DNA of 64,000 nt from Phyllosticta citribraziliensis (Eukaryota): NCBI RefSeq assembly GCF_038025025.1, contig NW_027117343.1, positions 620,001 through 684,000 on the forward strand, written 5' to 3'. The notes under the pieces were generated by a model, which was given only the letters and a program-made list of their open reading frames with translations, did not search any database and was not told the origin of the DNA. Below, in pieces: positions 21,598 through 32,999 of this stretch (within the stretch, counting starts at the first letter, position 1; every line of letters begins with the position of its first letter). The position numbers and the translations under genes are program-made.

Positions 21598-24500
21598 GGT
21601 TGGAATAAGCGATTAAGGATTAAACAGAAAGACGATGAGAGAGTGTATAACGTTTTTCGTGGTGAATGTCGTAGAGTTGGGCGAAGCGTAGCTTCGGCAA
21701 TGAAAGGACGCGAACTGAAGCCCGCAGTTGGAATGAATGTACAGCAAACAACAAGGTGGTGGTGGTGTCGTTGGTGGAGAGGCAAGACAGCCGGTGGCTC
21801 GCTGGTCCTTATACATTATCGTTGAAAGGGGCCGCCATTAACGGTTACAGCCTCATCCACCTTACATACGGGCTGCGCCTCGGCCGACTCTCGAGAGCAG
21901 GTAGGTACAGCATCAAAAACGCCATCAGGATGGCCGCCACCGAGCCTTCAATTGCAATGTCACCAGGAAATAAGCATAGCGGGGCCACGAGACTGGCCCT
22001 GAATGGCTGAGGGTCAGGGCCCTGCTTTGACCGGCAAAAGGCAGGAGCACCGAATAGGAGAGAGACGGTGTTGGCGGTCCACGTCAGACCTTTGGACGCC
22101 ACGACGAAGAATCTGAAATGGAGCTCCGTTCCAGAGCTGTGCAAATTGCTGAGGCTGAAGCCTGGGCCTAATTATGGAGCGCTAACTGATGCGAGGTGCC
22201 TTTTGAGTAAGCGGCGCGACTAGTCTGTGAAGCCGTCGGGGAACTTGAGCGTATGCGGGAGCGCTAGGAGATGGACGTCACTGTCCGGATTTTTTGCTGA
22301 AATGATGGTCCGAAACTCCTTCTCGAGGCTGTGGCGTACTGAGCCGCAGACATTAGATGGTCGAATGTTATCATCTCAGATTTTTGTTCGCTCCCAATCC
22401 TTGAGTCCATATGTGGGGATACACCAAGTCTGGTTTTGTTGCGGTTGTGACGAGTTTTGAAGCGCATGGCGATGAGGGTCTTGAACGAGAAGCAGTACGA
22501 GTTGCTACACTCGCTTAATTTGCTCCGTTGGGCGCTGGATTTGGATATGAACATGACCAACCGGTGATCCCACCCGAAGACCTGATACAATAGCAAAGAT
22601 GCTATTACCGAAAGTGGACAACGTCAAGTCGATGACGATGTTGAGTCAATCGATTTGGGAGCGAAATGTGTGGACGTTGCTTCTGCACCGAAACAGGCAA
22701 GATGATCGACATGAAGCATAGCGAAGGCAGGGAAATGGTCGGGTCCAAGTACAGTCCGGTCAAAGCGTTCCCCACGCACTAGCAGCCAGTCCACGCGCTT
22801 TTTCGGCACTCGGCATCCCTGGCCGTGAGAGGGGCCGTGTCATTCAGAGCTGATCAGCATGCGAGATAAATTTGCGCGATAGCGTTCTTGTAACGGTGAA
22901 CTTGCAAAGAATCCATCGCAACCAGCCGAACGCACGGCTCACACCTGGTGCAGTGTCTGGTGTTCAATCGGTGCCAACGAGTTCTCTTGAAACATTTGCT
23001 TGAATTGTCCTGAGGTTTGATGCCAAAAGTCGTGGCACATATCGACGGGTTTACGCGTATTGCGCTTGAATGCTCTCAAGTCGTTGACCAGTGATGGCTA
23101 AGAGGGTAGCTTGGACGTTTACTGTTGATTGCCGGTCAAAGCATACGAATTCTACCCGTCTCATTCTCTTTTGTGTGCGATGAATTTTGTCAGCGATCTT
23201 CATTCCCAGATCATCTTCAATTCTGGGACCGTTGTGTTTCAGAACTGGCCGGCTTCTTGGTCCCAGAAAACGCCTTGGCGGGAACCGCAGTCAGGACTAG
23301 AGCGCAGTGTGACGGACATCAGCCGCTGAGCGAAACGAGCGAAGAGTCAAGCGTATTTGCGCCACCGCGCAATTCCCTTCGAGCGCATACAACTTCAAAC
23401 GTCTTAGAGGTGGTCTTTTCGGTCCAGAGCATGCGAGTTGCGGACTCGGGCCTCACCGATGGTCTTTCTCACTACAAGGCCAAAAGTCTTGGCCGACGCC
23501 TAAGAGGGGCTCTTGCCAGCAAAGGCATGTGGGAAGGTACGCGGGCAATCCCGTCCAACGTCTTCCAATTGATGTTATTCCCGAAACTCTGTTTTGCTGA
23601 CAGGGATGAACGGACGGCGATAACTTTCGTTGCCGGAGCCCTGGTTTTACAAGGCGAGGCTTAAGGAATCGGTGATCTTGTGCGAGAGTTGCAATATCGA
23701 ATCTCCTGAACGCTCCTGCGTCTCCTCCGTCTGATTGGCCAGGTTGTTTCGATACGGCTGTTTCAGATGAGGGGAGCGCTTTAGCATTTCCCCCCCCTCA
23801 CAAAAACCTTCTTCATCGAGACTGCACATCTTGGCAGACTTGATACCGCGACGAGTCAGTTGGTTGATGAGTAGACTTCATCCGACCGTGCGGTAGACGG
23901 GCCTGATTCAGTATCGATGTGCCTGCCGATCAATTTGACGTGTCTGAGCACGATCCCCAGGCTAGAAAAGTCTATTGGCCTGGGCGAGATGGATGAAAAG
24001 AGGTTGAAAAAGGCGAGAATGAAGTTGACGGGGATAGGCCCGTAGACGAGCCGCAGACGGAGCCAAGAGCGTGGGGCACCCGAAGCTTTGTTCCCCAGAG
24101 TTGAAGACTTGGCGGACGATGTTTCAGAACTGGCATATGGTGAATCAGAGCGATGGAGACGGCCAGTCGTATGCAACGGACAGAGAGCTGTCACGTCTGA
24201 CCAAGAGGGGGCCGAAGCAAGCGGAGCTGGGTGCATGCAGCGAGGCGCACGTGGACCTGCGTCTGACAGGCATCCTGGGCAGCATGATGTGCAGTCGAGG
24301 CTTTCTGGCTAAGAAGCTTGAAGTGCAGAGCGACGTGGGTGGATGGTTGGTCAGCAGAGCGACACAGTGGTGGTGCTCACGAGGCACGCACTGCACTGGC
24401 ACGAGGAGGCGGTGTGCCCTGCGAGGGCCGCTGGATGAAGCAGAAGAAGAAATGTCGTTATCGCGCGATGGATGCCTTGAGGAACGCGACACTTGCGGGG

Positions 24501-24912
24501 ACGAAGGCCTGATGGATGGTGGACGACGAGGTGGTGGGTGAAGAGGAGAAAAGGCACCGCAGGGAGAGAGGGAAAAGTCGGTGGGCTCTTGGCTGGCGTC
24601 ATGGAGCGCTGCAGGGTCTGCTGCACCTCTCTCACATCAACGCGTCGACGTCAATAATCCATCGCCTCCGCCCTCAACCACCGACAATCCGACATGCGTC
24701 AATCCCTGACGCCTCAAACGCCTACTTTCCCAGGCCCACGGCACGCCTCACCCTCCGCTCCGTCCTACTTCTGACCGCATTCTTCGTTTTCCTCGCACGG
24801 GCAGTCGGGTTGCGCACTCATCCTGGGACCCACTCTTCCATGAGTCTATATACTCGCCCGCCGCCATTCCTCACCACCTGCCCATCCTCCCTCCCGTCCC
24901 CTTCGCAGCAAA

Positions 24913-27446
24913 ATGGCCCGGTGGTTCTTCAGGCCGAAACCACAGTCTTCCGCGCCCGCACCCAACCGCGGCTCCGACGATTCTGACAGATCGGCCACCA
25001 CCAGGCCAGCCAAGTGGTCCTTGGGCATTCTGAACGATAAGGAAACCGATGAAGTCCCGGGTACGTTGTCCAATGAGATCCATATCTGGCTTCAACAGCA
25101 ACTAATACAGCTCCAGGATCAATTCTCCTCCTCTCCAAAGTCTCAAACCGCAATGAGCCGCTGGGTCTCAAAAATGTGCCTGCGAGAAATTCATCTTCAT
25201 CCCTCCCGTCCCCACTAACTTCGTCCATCCGCCGCAGCTCATCGCAGACGCGTGAGCAAAAGCGCACTCCGGATGGCAAAATTATCCTCAACCCTCAACC
25301 CGACGAATCTCACAACGATCCGTTGAATTGGCCTGCGATCCGCCGCGATGGTGCTCTTCTATCTCTCGGATTTTATTGCATGCTGGGTGGAGGCATGACT
25401 CCCATCTTGGCCGCTGGATTTCAAAATGTTGCCCAAACGTACGACGTATCTGTATCAAAAGTTGCGCTTACGACGGGTTTGTACATGATGGGAATGGGTG
25501 TTGGTGGTGTTTTTGCCTCTCCAACCGCCATTTTGTATGGGAAAAGAACCGTCTACCTCGCGGGTTCTGTGCTTTTTGTCATCTCAGCTGTTTGGTGCGC
25601 GCTGTCGCCAAATTACGCATCCCTGCTGGTCGCACGAATCTTCCAGGGTATCGCAGTCTCCCCTGTCGAATGTCTTCCATCGGCCACCATTGCCGAGATT
25701 TTTTTCCTGCATGAACGCGCATATCGCTTGGGCATTTACACTTTATTGCTCCTCGGCGGGAAGAACCTCATTCCTCTAGTCAGCGCTGCAATCATCAACT
25801 CTCTGGGTTGGAGATGGGTGTTTTGGTGAGTCCTGCAACCCGACTCCACCACCACCACCCCCAAAAAAGGGGAACAACATGATGCTGACCGTTCAGGATC
25901 GTCGCGATAATCGTTGCATTCGGCGGCCTGATGCTCTTCCTACTAGTCCCCGAAACCTTCTGGAATCGCGTTAGTATTTGTTCTGTAGTTCTCATTTAGC
26001 AATACTAATTTTGATAGACACCGCGGCCGCGTCGCAAGAGCCGCCGCTCTAGAAACCCCTCACCCGGGGAGCATGCGCGCAAGCACTCCATTTTTGGCCA
26101 CAAAACGCCAAAATCATCTCAACCAAATCTCAACGAGTTAAACGAAAAGCTGACAGACAACCATGAAGGGCGTCGCCACGACGCTCACGTGGGATTTGTT
26201 GAGCCAGAGCACCACCATGACGATGGTGGTTCGGAAAAGCAGGGAGTCAGCGGTGAAAGAGATGTGCCAGACATCATGGTGTCCACGCCCCCCTCTAATG
26301 GGGCCAGACAGCCAATCGCGCAAGACGAGACCCACCACGGGGGGGACTATTTTGACCACAACGGACCGAACGAGCGAAAGCACGACACCAGCGGCGAGGA
26401 ACCTCAAACAACTCCGAAAGAAGGGGATCCCGGACATCTTCGCCCAGCCCTCAAAACCTCTCACTCCCCGACCCCGGCCAGCCCTGGAACTCCCACTCGT
26501 CATGTCGCCATATCCCCGCCACTCTCTGAGAAACCATCCATGTCCCATATGGACCAAGACATCGAGACTGCATCCCAGTTATCTGGAGTTGCTTCCATGA
26601 CCCCGTCTCACCAGTATACTGAGCGCCATCGTGAAGCCCCGAAAAAGACGTATCTTGAGACACTGAAAATTTTCAATGGGCGTCTTAGCGGGGACAGTTG
26701 GTGGAGGGTCGCACTGCGCCCTTTCATACTATATTGCTACCCAGCAGTCTTGTGGAGCTCCCTCGTTTATTCGCTCTCCGTCGGCTGGCTCATTGTGCTC
26801 TCAGAGTCCGTCTCTGAGATATATCGCACAAAGGATACTTACAACTTTACCTCCCTGCAGACAGGTCTTGTTTACCTATCTCCATTCATTGGGGGCGTCC
26901 TGGGAACTGCAGTCGCCGGAAAATTTTCAGATCTGGTCGTTCGCTTCATGTCACGACGCAATGACGGCATCTACGAGCCCGAGTTCCGCCTGGTCATGGC
27001 TATTCCGGTCGCAATCACCACAGCCATGGGTCTCATGGGCTTTGGATGGTCGGCTGAGGAACGTGACTCATTCTGGGTACCGACCATCTTTTTTGGCATC
27101 ATTTCGTTCGGCTGCTCGCTCGGTAGCACGACAGCCATCACCTTTGCAGTCGACAGCTACCGCATTTACGCGGGCGAGGCGCTTGTCACGCTCAATTTTT
27201 CTAAGAGTGAGTCTTCCATCAAGTCTTCTTTTCTCTGCGGCTTGCTAACATGTGATAGATATTTTCCACGGCCTCATCTTTTCCCTCTTCTTCACCTCTT
27301 GGTTAGAGTCCGACGGGGCCAAAAACGTCTTCTTGGCCATTGGCGGCATCCAAATCGCGTGTCTCCTGACGACTATTCCCATGTACATCTATGGAAAACG
27401 CGCGCGAATGTGGACTGTGCGGAAGAAGCTCATGGAGAAGTTTTAG
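24913..27446 (+). CDS. Major facilitator superfamily transporter, HOL1-like
   Basis: Exons 24913-25060, 25117-25825, 25897-25969, 26018-27206 and 27259-27446. Motifs IILNPQPDESHNDPLNWP, GKRTVYL, IAEIFFLHERAYRLG, GWRWVFW, VPETFW, YEPEFRL and YGKRAR. Confidence 0.9.
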
Positions 27447-28290
27447 ACCATGATGTCCCTCCGAGGGACTTTTGGGGTTACGATGCTCACGCGTCTTTCG
27501 GGAGGTTTGCGCCACAAACAAACCATCTATTAATGCTCACGATCTTGGTTTGGTTTGGATTTGGATGGGTTGGGTACGTGGCGTTGCGTGGCTTGGCTCG
27601 GCTGTCGCGTGGCTCGACTGTTGTCAGGTACCGAGCTGAGCTGAGCTGGGATTCTGTTTTTGGGCACCACATGGCTGGCTGGATCAGTGGAGAAACTCTT
27701 TGTGCCAATCTGCCGAGGCTTGGCGTTGAAAGTCGTGGCATACACAATGGAAGAGGGAGGGGGCTGATGGAGAGTAGTTGGGAGCATTCGTACGCTCTCA
27801 CGCGGACAATTGACAGGGAGTATTCCAGCTTCCCCAGCCATAGCTTTCAGGAGCGTTCAAGCATCTACACAAGATGCATGACAGGCAGCATTCATGCTTC
27901 AACCCGTCGAAATGGCACTTGTGTGTGCCACGACTTTTGTCAACGCGCCTCGTACCATGTCATTTCTCGTCTTTATTTCTTGTTCATATCCACAAATTCA
28001 TCGACTCTATCGTTTCATTTTGGCTTCATTGTCTCTGTACCAGTGTTGGAAGATCCAGCAAATCTCTTGGCCAGCGCAAGTGCAAGTGCTGCCAGCTTTG
28101 TGTCACGCCCTGAGATGAAACCAAAATCAATTGCGCTCTCTTTTTCCACTTTCTTTCCTGATGCGAAATCGACAACAGCATCACCGAACCAAAACGGGTA
28201 ACACAACGCACTCTCTACGACGGCGTCCATCATCACGACACAACGACGAACCCAACACAGCCATATCTCAATCCAGTCCCGCCACGCCAT

Positions 28291-28520
28291 CCTCAAAGCA
28301 TTCGCGCGCCGGCGGCCGCCCCCAAAACCAGTCATGTCGCCGGGGAGGAACAGCACACAGTTTGGACTCTCGTTCTCTGTCTTCCTCGAAGACAAGAACG
28401 CTGTCCGAATGGTGGTCCTTCTCAAGCCGATGAAAGAAAGCGTTATGTATCCTGCGGTTATCCGAGCACCGGGCCGCGATCGCTGCAGGTTTGCACGTGG
28501 CGAGACGGCGCGTGATGAGG
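28291..28520 (-). ncRNA. Candidate structured non-coding RNA of unknown family
   Basis: Long-range closing stem, three to four internal hairpins, TATATA with adjacent CCAAT ~50 nt upstream on the minus strand, and no convincing ORF. Family not identified. Confidence 0.45.
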
Positions 28521-29781
28521 TTGTGAAGCCGTGCGAAGCGATTGCGGCGGTCGCGTGGCGCGGCGCTGGGTATATATTGGCGAGGGCTTCTCCTTTTGTC
28601 CTCGATCAAGAGCTGTGAAGGTCTGCTGCAGACGAACAGAGAGTCGACGAGGCCCTTTCTACCGTCGAGAGTAGCATGACAGAAGCGGCAACTGTGCGTT
28701 CTGCGCTTTTCTGGGCCATCTTTTCCATTGTTTACAGGGGAAGCTGGCGCGTCTTTCCCGCCGGTGATGAAGATTGCTCGTGATGCTGTTCAGCAGCGCC
28801 ATTGGATCATGATGATGAGCTCCAACTGTGACCAATCCCTGACTTTTAGAATGATATATGGAGAGAGACACATCTCCCTGCTTGATCTGTGAATAGGCGA
28901 AGTGGATTCATTTCAAGGTTTGATACTGCAGCCGCCCCCGGCATAATGTCCATCTGTCCAGTAGCACTTCAATAGAGAGAAACGGAGAAGGACTCTCGCA
29001 ACACATGCATGTCTGGAAAGGGCGGACATGAGCGGTAAAAAGGACACAAAGGGAACTGCAAATCGTGAAGCAAACCTTGCAGCTGACTTACAGTCACAGG
29101 CTCCGCTACAGCGATTACCTAGTTGAAGCTCTGGGAGCATTCAAGCGACTTGCCCATCGAAACCTCCTCTCCCCCCTCCTGACATTTCCACGTGCAAGCA
29201 CAGAGACGCTACGTCATTCAATGCATGACCAGGCAGCTGGCTGACAGTCCTCTCGCTTAGGCTTTGTGAGTATATATTCATCGATTCTCGCGGCGGAGCA
29301 GCTTCCAGCTTCACACCACGCCTCGACCAGAAAGCTGCATGAGATCGACAGCGAGTCTACTGTGTTGTCTCGTTGCGCAGAAGTTGGACACTTTGGCGGT
29401 GGATGGCGCTGGATCGAATGCTGGAGCCACGAGGCGAAGGCACCGGGGGAAACTGTGAGAGGTGTTGCTTTGGTTCTCCATGGACGGTCAATGGTGGATC
29501 TCATTGTTTAATCAACATATTGAGGTGTTGTCACTCGTCTCCCAGTAATCCATCCTTCTCTGACCTGGCGGCTTCCAGTGACGACTACACACAGAAGCCC
29601 CCACTTGAGCCGCTGCCTGTGCCGCAACACATCCAAGCTGCAGAGGAAGATTCAAACATGCAGCAGTGACGTATGCATTCTCGAACGCTCCCGCAAACTC
29701 CCCCCGCTGTCGACATGTCATGCAGCAAGCAAAACAAGAGGATGGTTCTCGCCTGCATCTGTTGCCGCTGCAAACGAAGCC

Positions 29782-29802
29782 AAAAAAAAAAAAAAAAAAA
29801 AA
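29782..29802 (+). repeat. Poly(A) tract, 21 nt
   Basis: Directly visible homopolymer. Confidence 0.95.
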
Positions 29803-30267
29803 GATGCAGAATGCGATGCAAAAGTAAGCCGTCTCCTGCAGTTGTCCAGCTTTTGGACTTGTTTCGTCAATTAATGCAAGAAGGAAAATGTGCAAAGCCA
29901 CTCCGCATGACGTTTAATGTAGCAAGCAGTATGACCCAGTCCTGCTTTAGTAAACCACGTGCGCCCAACGATGCAGTGCTTAAACAGAGAAAAGGCTGTG
30001 GTGAATAAGTGAGTGGTTGTCCACCAGAGAAGCTCCGGATGTCTTTGCCCATGATGATGAGGGATAGAGAGACTGTCACCATGCACCCTTTCAGTGATCA
30101 GTATTCCCTCTTCATCTCTTTTCCGTTACTTTCGTGGCGACAATTTTTCCACGTACTCCGCGGCTTTCAGATGCAGGTCAAGACAGATGGACAGTCCCGT
30201 TAAAGACCACCACAACAAAGAAAGCAAAAGCAACGCGCGCCGCACGGCACAATGGAGCGCGACTCAA

Positions 30268-30483
30268 TCAAGCATACTGCCACGACTGGCGCAAAATCTC
30301 CCCCACAAACAGCGCGACAAAGAGGCAAAACGTGAAAACGGCAAACAGCGTGACGCGACGGCGATTGCGGGCGCGCAGCTGCAGTGCGTCTGCGGGCGAG
30401 ACGAGGGGCTCGTAGTCGGCGCGGGACGGCATCGGCACGCGCCTGGCGTCTTGGACGTGCTGCGGGAGGGAGGATGGCTGCAT
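30268..30483 (-). CDS. Small (71 aa) single-pass membrane protein
   Basis: ATG-initiated ORF with basic RARNRRR immediately before hydrophobic VTLFAVFTFCLFVALFVG, preceded by a CA-rich UTR-like stretch. Confidence 0.45.
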   Translation of the reverse strand: MQPSSLPQHVQDARRVPMPSRADYEPLVSPADALQLRARNRRRVTLFAVFTFCLFVALFVGEILRQSWQYA

Positions 30484-31556
30484 TGAGGGTGCCTGGCAGG
30501 CAGCGAGCGCAGCGGTCGTGTTGAGATTGGACTTTTCTTTTTCGTGATGTGGTTGACGTTGTTGTTGGGAGACGGTTTTGGGTGTGTTTGCGGACTGAAA
30601 CGAGCGAGAGGAGCAAATAGCGGCGCTGGTGGATCGATGGAAGCCTGGGAGTGGAATAAATGGCGCAACTGTCGATCGTCTGATGTTGTCTGGCGAAACG
30701 TGTAGCGGGCAGCTGCGACTGCGATACCTCGTGCTTTCAATTCAACTCAGCAACAACAACACCTCTCCTTCATGGGCGCCATGCGACCTGCATTTGACGG
30801 AATTGCAGCCAGACATAAAGACCAAGTCAAGCGACGCGCCGTCGAAACTTTGTTTGCTTCCTGCCCTAGCGCGTGTTCTGTTTTGTTGTTGTTTTCTGCA
30901 TGACGAGCGAGCTAGCTCTCCCGAACCTTAAATGCTGGTGTCGCCCGAGTGCGTCAACGCGCTTCCTATCAGCGGCAAATCCGAAGACTGGAGGAGACCA
31001 AGAGGCGCGTTCGTTAGCTTCGGTCGACCTTGACGCGTCTGCCCCGCGTGAGCAAGGCCGAGAAGGTCGGCCGGGTGGAACGAGTGCTTGTGGTTCTTGA
31101 TTGACTTGACGAGGTGGACGTCATCCTCTTTATAGCAGCACTATCCATCAAAGCTTACCAGTAATGTTGATTCTGTTCGAAAGGACATCAGTCAGACCTG
31201 TCGCAGTTTGTACCGATCAGACATTCATCCAAGTAAAGACCGGAGAGACTAAGAGATTCCCAAGGTCAGTCCGATGAGCGACCAATCACCCACAAAAAGA
31301 AGATCAATAAACTGATGAAGCAATGTCTTGCAAGTGAAATGTTCTGAATAGGTTTAAGCATTCAACGAGATAGAAGATGGAAGGGTTTATATACAGTGGC
31401 GAAGTGAAGCTTCAAGTGATACAAGCTGTAAAAGGAAATACGCCACCAGGACGAGAGATCCCTCGACGAGATGGAAAGCAAATGGTGAGTTGCCACAACC
31501 TTAACGACATGTCGAGCATCATACCCAAATAGACACTCTGCATATAGCAAGATCGA

Positions 31557-32206
31557 TTAGGTCGAGGGTGGCAAATCCTTGAGGGCAACGGCAACACTAG
31601 CCTCGTCCCTGGCGTCGTCCGAGTTCCACCTGATGATCCAACTGCCCTCGGAGCCCTCGACGGGCGTGGCATAGAACTGCGAGATCATGGTGCCCGCGCT
31701 GCTCCACCAGAAGACATTGTCGCCGTAGAGCTGAGCGCCCGTGTGGATGTGGCCAACAGCCGTGTCTACAATCTCGACCGGGTCATAAGCACCGGAGCTG
31801 GGATTGATCGACAGGTACTTTGTGCCGGGCCAGGGCTTGCCGACGGGGAAGACGGTGAAAGAGTTCTTGTCATAGTCAAAAGAGACTGCGAGCGGGCGTC
31901 AGCACGGTTGAGTGGATCCTTTTGGTTAGGGCGTGTGGCCAACTCACCAGTAACGTTTTGCGCGTCTTTTGCGTCCGAGGGGGCGTTGCCGATGTAGGCG
32001 ACACCTATGACATCTTGTCAACCTTTTTCAAGTATGATCGGAGCACGGCTCAAAATCTAACCATCGACGTAAATCAGCTGGACACCGCCAATGCCCGGGC
32101 CGTATGCAAAAAGCGGCGAAGGAGACGACGTGTCACGGCCCGTAAGGGGAGCGGCGTAAGCCAGAGGCAAAGCGGCGGCCGCGAAGAGGAGGAACTTGGA
32201 GAACAT
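31557..32206 (-). CDS. Small secreted protein of unknown function
   Basis: Signal peptide MFSKFLLFAAAALPLAYA. Exons 32206-32062, 32004-31948 and 31885-31557 join in frame (LFAYGPGIGGVQLIYVDGVAYIGN...GAQLYGDNVFW...QFYATP...WIIRWN). Confidence 0.75.
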
Positions 32207-32999
32207 GGTGGATGTGCTGGACTGTCTGCCGCTGTGTGGCCAGATCAAGATCCATGATGGGGGGCGCACGCCGCTTTGTAGTGGATCAGTGGTTGGCAAT
32301 GCCGACGCAGACGCATGGCAGGTTTCGCACTGTGCAGCAGAGTCGCCGTGTTGGACATGTTCGCAGGCGGATGTTGCCCGGTGGCCGCCACGCACATCCG
32401 CCTCGAGCGTGGTAGCGTGGGCTAGTCCCACTAGCAAGACTAGACCGACGATGGATCGCGCCTCGCATCGCCTCGAACAGAGCCTCCAGATCCTTCGTTG
32501 AAACATCCAAACGCGCCAGACGACGCCCAAATTGTCTGCCAACAACGCCTTCAGGTACTTCATCGAGAGCCGCGTCATGACAGCCGACGTTCAACTGGAT
32601 TTGCCGCTCGCCGGGAAGAGCCGATGCTCCTGGGCGTCATGTCCCATGGGTCTCGCCTCGTCGAATCTCGTCTGATTTGCTGGAGAGCGTCTGGCTTGAC
32701 TGCTCAGCCTTACGCCCGGTTATTCTTGGGCATGGGGGAGCGTTGATCCAGTGTCTTGACGAAAAGGGGCTGAGATTTGCAGTGCAAGCCTCCAAAGTCA
32801 TTGCTCTTTAGGTCCATGATCCACCGTGCTTAAAATGTAGTCAGAGCCTTCGCTGCTCTGCTTATGCTCCTCACAACACCGGTCTGACACTCTTTAAGAG
32901 ACCGCATTCAGTCTTTTTTTAACGTCTTTTACCCACCCCCCGCTTTTTTCGTTTCCAAGACCTAGCCACTCATATTCCTCCCGGAGTCCGGCCTTCGAA

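Noticed and set aside
21600..24600. 3-kb intergenic stretch checked for transposon, tRNA or rRNA remnants
   Set aside because: No terminal repeats, transposase/RT motifs, AT-rich RIP signature or tRNA boxes seen; consistent with a divergent promoter region.
27447..28201. Apparent C-terminal extension of the 670-aa MFS ORF
   Set aside because: Artefact of reading through intron 27207-27258; the spliced product ends at 27446.
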